Below are positions 26,579-37,800 of a DNA stretch of 64,000 bases, piece by piece. The notes beneath the pieces are model-generated. The model did not search any database and was not told the origin of the DNA. It saw only the letters and a list, made by a program, of their open reading frames with translations. Each line of letters starts with the position of its first letter. Position 1 is the stretch's first letter. The position numbers and the translations under genes were made by a program. Origin of the DNA: Entomortierella parvispora E1425 (taxonomy: Eukaryota; Fungi; Mortierellomycota); contig BQFW01000002.1 in the NCBI GenBank assembly GCA_020891255.1, positions 2,604,001 to 2,668,000 of the forward strand, read 5' to 3'.

Positions 26579-29500
26579 ATGACCTCCATCAAAGGCAACA
26601 AGGACTCTGATGAGGCAGGATTCAAGCGTCTGGTCGAGCTCGAGGCCGAGTACAGAACTCAACGCTCGGCGGAACAATTGCACGCCATCGCGTCCTTTCC
26701 GCGGCTCTTTGACGACTTTCCATATCCTGTCTTGATCAGTGCTGCCATCCTCAAGTTGGCGGACTACTACCGCCAAAGGTAAAAAAAAAACAGACATGGT
26801 CCTTCGAGGGTCGACATGGTGCTTGGATATCCAGGGGAGAAAGAGAAGGGATTCTGAAAGACTAAACATTTCCCTCGTCCTTTTACACTTCTCTAGTAAC
26901 AACATCCAGAGACACGCCATCCTTCAAGTCATCAAAAAGAGTCAGCCTCACTTGAAGAGTATCTCGAACGTTGACGAAACGATCAAGCGTATTACTCCAG
27001 TGTTAAAATCAAACGATCAGTTGGCGCGCGCTATCACACTGAGGTAAAGCGTTGTTTTTCTGAACTTGTCTCGCGATACCGCTTGATGTTCGTCCTTTAC
27101 TAACGCGCCGTGTCACCGTGTTCGTCACAGAGTTTTTGGGTGCATGGCCACCATTGCCTACGATCGCATTGACGTCTATCACAAGTAAGCACGGCAAGCA
27201 CGGCAAGCATGGCAAAGGAAACGAGGATAGGAAACACGTAAACTTACCCGCTGGACAAATCTTTTTCTTTTCTCTTATTGACAGTGTGATCCACTCATTG
27301 GATTCTTCAGAGGCCATGGAAGTCAGTGCAGCCATTTATGCTGCAGACAGGATGTGCGCTCATTCACAGCGATTCTGTGCCATTATCTCTGGAAAGCTGG
27401 CTTTTATGGTTCGGGATGCCAAAACACCTCTGCCAATGAAGAGGAGACTGATCCGGATCTTTGGACACATGTTTGAGGATATTGCGTTGGCTCGACTTGC
27501 CAGGAAAACTTGTCTTGACATCTTGGATATGAACCAGGATGGAGAATATACAGTGGCAATTCTCAGGACTTTGACTCGCCTGGCTTCCCATTCACTGGTG
27601 GATGTTAATCAGCAAGTTTGCTTGCTCTTGGAAATGGCCCAGACTCACCCGCTGCAGGGTATCCGTCGCGTTTCGCTCATTTGCTTGGGATCGTTGGCGC
27701 AGAAGCAAATTGATTTCAGTCCGGACCAGATCAAGGTAACGTAACTTGTTCTTATTGACGAGGGTCTATTAGCACCCTGAAAGGTTGATTCAAAGGGCCA
27801 TCACTAACGATACGCCGCTCGATCTCGCCACTATTTCTGTTTAGGCCATCTTTGAGATCGCCACTACTTCAACAGACGAGAAATCGACGCTCAGAGCTAT
27901 CTGCACATTGCACAACATATTTCGATTCACGAGTGTGATGCCATTGATCTATTCGAATATGGAGTCTGGATCAAAGACGATGGCAGAGTTTGTTCAGTTG
28001 TCAATGCAGGTGCTCCGGCGATTCACTGGATCGAGTCAACCATCCACCTCATCACTAGCAACGTCAATCACCACGACGCACTTGATTCTTTTGGAGTGCT
28101 ATTCCCTCCTGTCCATTGTCCTTTCGAATTTCAGAGACTTGGAGCTGGACTTAGCCGAGGAAGGATCCAACACGGAAGTTGGTAGTCTCTACGGTGATTC
28201 CGTCAGAGAAGCAACACAGTCCATGAGTCAGTTCCTGGACGGGATTTGGACTCGATTAAGGACAGGCACTGCTGCTGCTGAGCTCAAAACTCAATCAAAG
28301 ACTGTGCTTTGGCTTTTGGTCACGCTGACATTGGAAGAGGGATCCGGAGTTGAGGCTCTGTTGACGACATTACTGAACTGGATCTCTCAACATCGAGGTA
28401 AGGGACCTCCCAGGACTGAGAAAGCCAAACTGTTTTTTGTATGTGGTTCGTGAATTAATAGGCGCGTTATATGATAGAGCAAGCACCGTTACTGGGGAAA
28501 GCGTTGCTGCAATTGGCTCAACAACAACCATCATCTGTACATACTCAACTGGAAACGCTGATGTCCATGCTGGGAGACCTGGTGGAGTCACCCATGACCG
28601 AAGTGTTTGTAAGTCAACCTTTTGCTTTTTTTTTTTTTTTTTTTTCTCATTTCCTCTTTTTAACTCCTTTATCTATTTAGATTGTAATCTTTCGAACGAT
28701 CCTGGAAGCGCTGGTGCTGAATCGCTCAAAAATGGATATGGCCGCAAGGGAAGCCTTTGAAACCCAGATATCTGGAATATTGGAGCGGTTTGGCGCGGTC
28801 GACATTTCAGAAAAACCAACCCGGAATCACTGGGAGTTGTATCAATTGGCCACGTTCTCATTACAGGCAGGATGGCCCTCCCTGGCCGTGCTGGCAATGA
28901 GGAATCTGGAAAAGCCGGTTCAGAGCGCGCCTTTTGCTCTTTGGCTGGCGAATGTGCAGACTGTCGCGTTGATTGAAAGCTCTCTTCAAGCTATGGTGAA
29001 CCAAGAGGGCGCGGATGACTCTGTGGATTTGTACTTGAAGCAACAAATGTATGCTAAAGTCGTTGCATCCTTAGAGGTAAGGGCTATCAAGAATCAATAG
29101 CGGAAGGTCAAACAAAGGATATCCATGGCTTGCGCCAGATAATAACCTGATTTTCATGATATTTAGGAAATCGAGGCGTACCAATTCGACCGCACCTTCC
29201 AATTGAAGCTATGCTCACTGCGCAGGGAGTTCTTGGAGGCCTGTCAGCTGACGGTGACATACCTTGGTCTCCTCTCCGCAAGTCTATCAACGCATCGATT
29301 GTCAGTCAGCCAAAGCCTTCACGACTTGAACGCCAATGGTGGAACTAGCAGCGACCATGCCCAAGTCAGTCAGTCAAGAATTGCAGCATTTTCCTCTGCT
29401 GGAGATGAGGCTGTTCTCTACAAGTGCGCAAGCTCGCTGAATCGTTTGGCGCACGATTACACAGTCTTGAGGACGTTCGTAACTTCCCGACCAAGCTCCA

Positions 29501-30114
29501 CCCATTCCAAGGACACCCCAAGAGGATCAAATCAACAATCAGACACAGCCATGGAGGTCCAGCAGACGCTCTGTTTAGTCCTCGCTTTCGCCATTCAACG
29601 CGTGGCCAAGTCCCTGGCTCGGTTATCATCAGGGAAGGTGGCCGCAGAGCCCAAAAAGCAGACGAACGATGAAGACAGTGAGATGAGAGAATCAGGACAA
29701 ACCCCGACAAGTTCAGGATCAATCAAAACAGACGAGGAGGACGTGTTTGATATCGACCCACTGCTCATTCCCCTTTTGGGAAAACTGGATCAAGTCATTG
29801 CCAATGGATCAGAGCTCACGAAGATGGTGATTGAAGGGGAAGAGACTGCACGACCCAAGACGTTTGTAGAAGTGTTCAGATCCTCCTCTGGATCGACGCT
29901 GCAATATCTTTGTGAGAACCTTCAAGGACAGTCAGACCACGAAGAAGAGGCACTGAATCAATTGGACCGAGGGATCTCCATTGCTCAGCAGTTACTTTCG
30001 CGGTACATTGCCTTCCCCATCTGGATTCCACAAGAGTTCTTTGTTTCCCGACATCCTTCTCGAAAGGAGCCTTCTTCCATCAACGCGACAAACCAGTTTG
30101 GATTCTCAATCTAG
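26579..30114 (+). CDS. INTS7: Integrator complex subunit 7 homolog, multi-exon
   Basis: FPRLFDDFPYPVLISAAILKLADYY..SN...RHAILQV...LKSISNVDE.IKRI..VLKSND.LARAITLRVFG...DSSEAMEVSAAIYA matches the INTS7 N-terminal ARM region; late WIPQEFF corresponds to the P.YFF motif. Confidence 0.87.
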
Positions 30115-30169
30115 TCCATTAAAGAAGAAGACAGATCGTTTTGTCTTCCGGTTCAAAGATTGCTTTTAT

Positions 30170-30655
30170 TTATCTTTTTTTTTTTTTTTTTTTTTTTTCA
30201 TGTTGAGCTTCCATGTCCAAGGGTTTTGTCTCGGTTTTTTCCATTTCAACAATTTGTTCAGAGATGGAACCGCTGTCATCACCATTCACAGTGTCCGTAG
30301 CGTCCCCGATTGTGGGTACGGATAGTCTCTTGTCAAATGGCAAATTCTCCAAATCGAGGAAGCCAGCATTGGGACAACCATCATGGTACAACATGTATTT
30401 GAGTTGGTTTCTTACGACTGCGTTCTCCCACCGATCCTTCTTTTGAGGATCGAGGCCATCCAGACTAAAGTCCCTCCCGCGATCGAAAAAATCCATCAAG
30501 ACTGTCGGCAAGTCCTTGTTATCTTTGACGTATTGGGTGTTTGTCTTCCAATGTTCATAGAGGTAACGACCGGACGGGACCTTGTCCATTGGCGTTTGCT
30601 TCATCATTTTTGCCTTCAAAAAAGGTAGACATTCCAATGATGCCCCTAAAATCAT
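30170..30655 (-). CDS. Orphan hypothetical ORF between the INTS7 and VPS52 3' ends
   Basis: 190 stop-free codons with protein-like sequence (RYLYEHWK...WENAVVRNQLKYMLYHDGCP); ends in an A-homopolymer. No recognised domain. Confidence 0.4.
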   Translation of the reverse strand: MILGASLECLPFLKAKMMKQTPMDKVPSGRYLYEHWKTNTQYVKDNKDLPTVLMDFFDRGRDFSLDGLDPQKKDRWENAVVRNQLKYMLYHDGCPNAGFLDLENLPFDKRLSVPTIGDATDTVNGDDSGSISEQIVEMEKTETKPLDMEAQHEKKKKKKKR

Positions 30656-30744
30656 TGCATGCACACGGACAGTGCTGCAAGTCAAAGATGCCTTCAATTT
30701 GATATTTGGGACACGCGATTTTATTGTCCTGGACAGGTACAAGA

Positions 30745-33700
30745 TCAGGGCATGAAGTTAGACCGGAACTTCTTGACCTCGACCATTACAGTCTGGACTC
30801 CGACAGGTTGATGTCCCCATCCACGAGTACTGGTTGCCTTCACTGTCGACGACAAACTCTCATCGCCAGCAGATGCCCCGAGCTGCTGAAGTTTCTCATC
30901 AAGCAGACTATGGAACCGGGTATAATAGACAATCAACTGACCCAAGACCTGATGCAGAACCAAGGTTCCATTTTTGAAGCTTGAGAAGTGTTGGATGACG
31001 CTCGTGTTGATGGCGAGTAGTGACTGACGCCAAGTGTTACTGAAATTGAACGATGTCCGTTCAAAGTGCTCCAGCTGCACCTTGGAGACACCGCCCGCAA
31101 TCTCAACCATCCGAATAAACGAGATCAGATCTCCTACGTAAGGTTTCAACTCTTCTTCCACAAAGAGGGCGATCGTCTGGTGAAGAGCCTGCTTCCAATG
31201 ATCGTTCTCGAGCTCAACCCCATTAGTACGAATGTCCTGTTCAGACCACGAGATTACAACAAAAAAAATCATTAGTTACGTAACACTTGACCAAAAAGTG
31301 CAGTTCACAAGACCACTCAGGGGTAGCACATACAGCAAGAAGCGTTAGAACGAGATCGAATGTGTTGATTAGAAAGATGAGTCGACTCTTCGTATCTGGG
31401 AAAGTCTTTGACATGACATCAAATAGCGAACTTGTCTCCAATCTGAGCAACGCCAGTCTAATACACGTATGAAATACATTTGTCAGTTGGGCGACATCCT
31501 TTCACTTGGTGGTCGAGACGGAGTGATGTTTAATCTTACCGTGGCATGACATCTGTCTGCTCGTCGTTTAATAGCAGCAGCGAGCCTGCAAATTCTCCAT
31601 AGCGCCGAGCAATCTAAAACACGGGACTGAACGGTTAGATAGCTTTTCTAATTTAACAGGTTCAACAGTAACAATGTCGCTTACCCAGTGGGGGTGCACA
31701 TTCTTGGGCTTGATCTTTGTCTTTGCTTTTCGTACGCTGTCGATGTGCATGTCAACCACAACTTGAAATCGTGGCCAGAGTGCCATATGAATGGCATCAC
31801 GATATTTATCCAACCCGGGAATTTTTCTCCGCTCCAATTCCTTGGCTAGTTGATGATTAATCCTCAAACAGAGAAGAATCCCGATTGCATCGAAACTAGA
31901 ATCAGCATACTCTTTTACGTTGGCCTAGAGTCAACTAAAGCGTTAGACAGTGCCAACTTTTCGCATCCATCCGTCCTGTTCTGTCGCCACATACCAGTCC
32001 TAGTTTCAGGGTCGGCTCGAAAATCTGAGTGAAAACTGATTGGATGCCTTCCAGATCCGGCTGGGAGCGCCTTGAGAAGTATTCAACTAAGAACAGGTAC
32101 TCGGAACTTGCGTTGTCAATGAGTGCGAGATTAAAACTTCTGAAAAGCGCCTCGTAAGGGTATTTCTAATCACCGCAGTAAAGATGGATTGCTGTATTAG
32201 CACGCGGTTATTCAGGATACAAAACTGAGAGCAGGGACAAGGGGGCACAAAGGATCTAAAAGATAGACGTACCATATTCTTCTCATTGGCGACATGAATA
32301 AGAATCAAGCCCGCATCTTGGTTCTTCAACGTTTCAAGCCGAGATCCAATGGCAAAGACATTGGTCTTTTGAGATAGGGCTTTAGATGCTCCAAACAGAC
32401 CTATAGCCAGATGGTAGTGTTAGTTAATGACAAGATGTTCTCTTCAATGAATCACTGGGACTGGGCTTTTACCTTTCTTTGCATTTTCATCAGTACACAG
32501 CATATCATATTTGTCTCCAACCACGCTCTATTTGCAATAAAATGTTTGTTAATAAGGACCACCTTCATTTCACACGAATGGTTCTTTCCTCCGCAGAGAC
32601 AACCCACCTGTAGCTTTTCCAATCCTGTTGCGTAGTTATCGAATTGGTTCGAGAAGTACCACCGCAGGGTGTTCGCATAGGTTTGTCGGATCTCAGCCGC
32701 CACTTCGCCGTGCCTCTCCATTACGAATTGATTCAGATCTTTGTACTTCAGCAGTACTGAATGCTGCATGATCTGGACGTTGGTATTGGGTATCCTGAAC
32801 GACTTTATCTTTGCAAGCAAAAACTCTCGAATCTTTTCCACCGCCTAGCAGTATGAATCAAGTCTGATGAGTCTCAAAAGCACTTTCCATTACGAAAAAA
32901 TCCAACTCCATTAGAATTACCTTGATGCGTAAGCGTTCCAGTTCAGGCCCTACTTCCTTCAGGGCTCTGATGTGACGGCCCTGACGAGCTTTTGCATGAT
33001 ACATCTTACTGTTGAGCTCTGCCAGTGCAGCTAGCCAAGTGTCGTCAACTTCTCCATCGTATATCTTGCGGATGAGCTGTGGTGTCACAAGGATGCCCTC
33101 CAGTAGATCGTTCAGGTGATTTTCAACCGCCATTCTGTTCTTCAGTTGGACGCTCATGGTGACCGACTTTGTCTGCAAGGTTTGAATCTCTGTTGAAATG
33201 TTGCCCAAATCTGTCTGGAAAATGCTGAGAAGGTTTTCCATTGTTTCCAGAATCTCGTCGCATGATTTGATCTGTCCATGAAGATCCACAAACGCCTGGC
33301 TTTGATGTACGTCTGTTGGTAGCAAAAAAAACAAAGGAATCAGTATCCATGACTAGGTGCGACTAAGCCTGGCCTCGAGATACTTCTACTTGGATTTACA
33401 GTCATCCTCGTGATCCTGGCCGACAATGTCCAGCTCGCTCTCGATGTGATGGGCGTATTCCCGAAGATCCATGCCCTATTGGATACATGACACAGTGAGC
33501 GATAAGACGCTGGACAGCTCAACATTTATCCCATCGTATCCAAATATGACCCGTTCTCTCTTACCTTCGCCAATGCTTGCTTCACAAACTCGTCTTCCTG
33601 AAATTCAGAGATGCGATCTAGACGCCCAACAACCAGATCGCGATACAAAGAGTTAGCAGCTACCCAGGAATTATATGACTTTATCACTCTATTGTCAAAG

Positions 33701-34131
33701 TCAAAATCATCTCGTACCCCCAACTTGTTCAAATGCAAGGTCGTCTTGGAGGAATGGTGATACTGACGTTTCTGGCTCCGACTTTGGCGATCGGACAGAC
33801 TCCTACAACAAAGGGCAGCAAATGGATGGCATTCCAAAAGTTAACAAAGATGACGACAGAACTCGAATCGTGTTTCCATGAAATGCAGCTGTCTCGGCTC
33901 ATCATGCTCGGCATAGACCATGCTCTCTACCTTCTGCATGCCTGGTTGGTCCAAGTCCTGGTCCTGGTCATCGAGAAGTTCATTCAGGAACTTGAGTCCA
34001 GTCAACGATTGACGCTTTTGCGAGTTACGTCGCGCGACTGTAGCGGTGTTGCTTTGGCCACCAGGGGTATTGAGGTTATCTACAGTAGATGCGGCAGCCT
34101 GTAGTGGCAGTGGCGGTTCAGGCGAATCCAT
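30745..34131 (-). CDS. VPS52: GARP/EARP complex subunit Vps52/Sac2, multi-exon
   Basis: FQEDEFVKQAL..GMDLREY, LHGQIKSCDEILETMENLLSIFQTDLGNISTEIQTLQ, PELERLRIKA/V-EKIREFLL, YDRFHA-like C-terminus (YYTRFHSLL), VMVEVKKF. Confidence 0.94.
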
Positions 34132-34802
34132 GTCTGGCGGGGGATGATTTGCAGTGGTGAGTGAGAATGCAAAGGATGATGCATGCATGCATGCATACCA
34201 GAGAAAACCAGTCCAATTTCGATAAAAAATAAAGAGCCCGACTAAAAAATAAAAATCTTTAGTTTTATTTTTAAAAGGTTGTTTTTGTTTGTGTTCTTTT
34301 GCGACCTTGCCTTCCCCCTGTTTGTTCTTCTCCCGCCGCCCAACAAACCTTGAACAGAGGATTGGAATGAACGTCCTTCTCTGCTCTATCCTGTCCAACC
34401 GGCCCCCTTCTTTCCCTGTCTCTTCCAAGGGAGCCTTCCAAGCCCTGTTCCGAGGGGGTGGAATGGATGTCTTACGGTGTTCCATCCTATCCAAACAGGC
34501 CTTCTTTTCTGACCGTTATTCTAAAGAGAGAAGGCAGGCATCTACGCGACGCACCTCTTTTCTCACCCCTGGTCCGACCACATTTTGTCATCTTTCATCT
34601 CGTCGCGAGTGTTTGTCGGGTCCAGCCACTTTTTCCACTCACGCACTCACGCACTCGCTCTTTTTATTTATCTTCTTTCTGCTTTCTTTCACTCCTCCAG
34701 AACCTCGCTTTATTTCCTCCCTTTCTGCTGCCCATCCAAGAGTATTCGCCTCCCGAAAGACAGTGGATAGTAGCTTTCGACTTACCCTCATTGTAATTCC
34801 AG

Positions 34803-37800
34803 ATGAGAGCCATCTCTCTTCCTTGGATTGCGGCAATCCTGACCTTCACCTGCCTTGTTTCCTGCCGGATCGGACTCGTCCAAAGCCAACCCGACCGAGA
34901 ACAAGAGCAGCATCTTGTGGCAGCCGTTGGTGTGGCACACGATTTTGATCTCGATCAAGTTGGGCGCAATGTGCACGCTGGACCCGGTCGATTCTATCCC
35001 CACGAAGAACAACAGCTGTTGGCAAAGCGGGCGTCTGACGACGATGAGGCACTCGGAGGCGATTCTCATTTCAAGTCCCAAAACAATCACCACAAGGCTC
35101 ACCATTGCAAGAAGAAGTATCATCGCCATCATCACCATGGTAAACATCCCCACAAGCACCGAAAACCAAAGAAGCATGAGCATCACCATCACCCTCACCA
35201 TGAACAGCAACACAAACACCCAAAAAGCACTGGTGAGTTTACATAGTTTTCTGATGACTGTCATCCATTTTCAAGGATCAGCGGATCAGTAGATCAGGGC
35301 ATATACTAGATACCTTATTAACATTTGGTTTGCTTTTCCAGTTACTATCTTGACTCTTATCTGCAATAAGTTTATTGTCGATCAAATCAAGTGTATCGAG
35401 CCCTGCAAGAATCCAAATGCAGCCGCGGAGTCATTCCAGAGACTCAACAATGGCGGCAAGGACCCGCATAAGGATGACCGCAACAGCACTACCATCGAGC
35501 GATACATCACGATGGGTCCAAGATGTTCGCCCAAGCTCCCATCGAATTGCACCACTGTGCAACCGAGAGAAGCAGCTCTAGACTTAGCACCCACAGGCGA
35601 TGACGCGGAAGAGACAGGCGATCTACAAGAGCTACACAACACAAAGCCGAAAAACAAGCATCCAAAGAAAAAGCATCTGAAAAAGTCTCCAACTGGCCAA
35701 CACCCCTACAAAGACCTCTGTGTCGATGTGGGTCAGTTTTGTGGCGACAAGCTCTATGGATGCAACTTCATCTCAGCTGATCTATATGTGTGCAACTCAG
35801 TGGGCTCTCCACCTGCACTGCAAGAGCCCAACGCGCCTGAATGCGCGGGTGCCGTCTGTTATGTGCCAGGATGCATGTGTGGAACAAACAGGGATGTTTG
35901 TTCTAGTGCTTTTGACGCGTCTTGCGGATTGGAAGCAAATACGATCTACTCTTGCGAGAGAGGACAGCTTCCAAAGAAGAAGGTCTCCTGCGACTTTACC
36001 CGGTCTTGCGAGACTCTATCGACAGGCGCCTCTTGCATGTCGCTTGATTGTGTGTGTCCGACCGATGGGGTCGTCTGTGGCGAAGTTTTTCCACTGCGCT
36101 GCGGTGTATCCCAGGGATCACTTTACGACTGCCAGAGCGGTCTCGAGCCAGTGCTAAGGGGGCCATGTTCAGATGGCTGCTCGGATGGCCACTGCATCGA
36201 CCCCTGCGCCTGTCCTGATATTGGAAATGTACGATATGTTTCCGCACACCTGAAATAAGCCGGATCTGATGAGCCTTCTCTGCTTCCATCTTCTCTGCTT
36301 CCATAGTTGTTACTCATAACTCTCTCTTTTTTTTTTTTTTTTTTTTTTTTTTCCTTTAGTACTGTGGTGGCAACTTCCCGGATCACTGTCAATTCAGCAA
36401 GGGCTTCCTTTACAAATGCAGCACCATTGGACAAAGACCAGTGCTTCTGGAAGCCTGTAAAACCAGAGAATGCCCGATTCTCCCTGATACCGAGGATGAC
36501 ATTTGTACGTTTGGTTGTGAGTGTGAACGCGGGACTTCTACCTGTGGAGGTGGTCTCCCTGATAGCTGCAAAAAGTTGATTCCAGACTTCACGGAGAACG
36601 CCATCTATGTTTGCCCCTCTGGAACCCCAGAGTTGTACACCCCATGCATCCCAGGTACACATTGTGTGGTGAGGGAGAGCGCCATGTCTTCAGTTCATGC
36701 CATGACTCTGGAGCCTTTCTGCAAAGCGGATGACTGCAGTTGTAAGGATACAGACGCTGTCTGCAGTTCCGAGTTTTCGGTACTCTGCCCGTACGAGAAA
36801 AATGCTTTGTATTCTTGCATGGAAGGCAAGGGATCTATCCCTGTGAAGGTCGAGTCCTGCGTGGAGGGACTGTGTGTTGTCCAGAGTGGCCCTGACACCT
36901 GTCCCAAGCAGACCCCTACCACCACAACAACCCCCATGGCCACCACATCTCAACAAGCCACTCCTGCCCAATCTACCACACCTACAGCCACCATACCAGG
37001 AACAACGCCCGCGCCGACGCCTACCCAGACTCCAGACCAATGCCTTTGTTCTTCAAATTCCGCAATCTGCGGCTCCGCATTCAACCCTTCATGTGGCTTT
37101 AGAAAGGGTACTCTGTACAGCTGCAGTGGCGGCAGCGGCACGTCACCGGTAAAGTCTGAGGAGTGCTTGTATGGTGATTGTGTTGTTCAGGCAGGGCCAG
37201 ACTCCTGTCCCGGTCTACCACCTAACTGCAATTGTACTTCTGATATGGACGAGTGTGGCTCTTCTTTTGAGAAAACGTGCGGCTACGATGACAACACCCT
37301 TTACAGCTGCGAAGGGTCTGGATTCGTCCCGAAGAAAAAGGAGGAGTGTAAGGAACAATGTCAAATCAAACGGGGTCCGGATGCATGTGTGTTGGAGCCG
37401 ATCTCGAACTGCGTTTGTACCGCGAGTATTCCTATCTGTGGCTCCCAATTCCCCGCCAGTTGCATGTTGGCAGCGAATTCGCTCTATTCATGTGCAGATG
37501 GCGTTGGATCGGCACCAAAAGATCCCAAGGCTTGCACAGTTGGCCCATGTATACAAGTCGATACGGGTCCAGACGTGTGTCCAAAGCCCCCTGTTAACTG
37601 CAATTGCCTAAAGACTTCGTCCATATGCGGCGCGTCCTTTGCTCCAGTCTGCGGCTACGATCCAGCGTACCTTTATGGCTGCCAAAGCGGTAATGGCTCC
37701 AAGCCCGAGCTGCAAGAACGCTGCAAAGGTGTCTGCATCATCCAGTCAGGTGATGATGCTTGTCCTCCGCCTCCACCTAGAGACGCCTGTACATGTTCAA

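Noticed and set aside
36259-36270. CTGATGAG hammerhead-like core in an intron
   Set aside because: No GAAA and no stems I-III follow.
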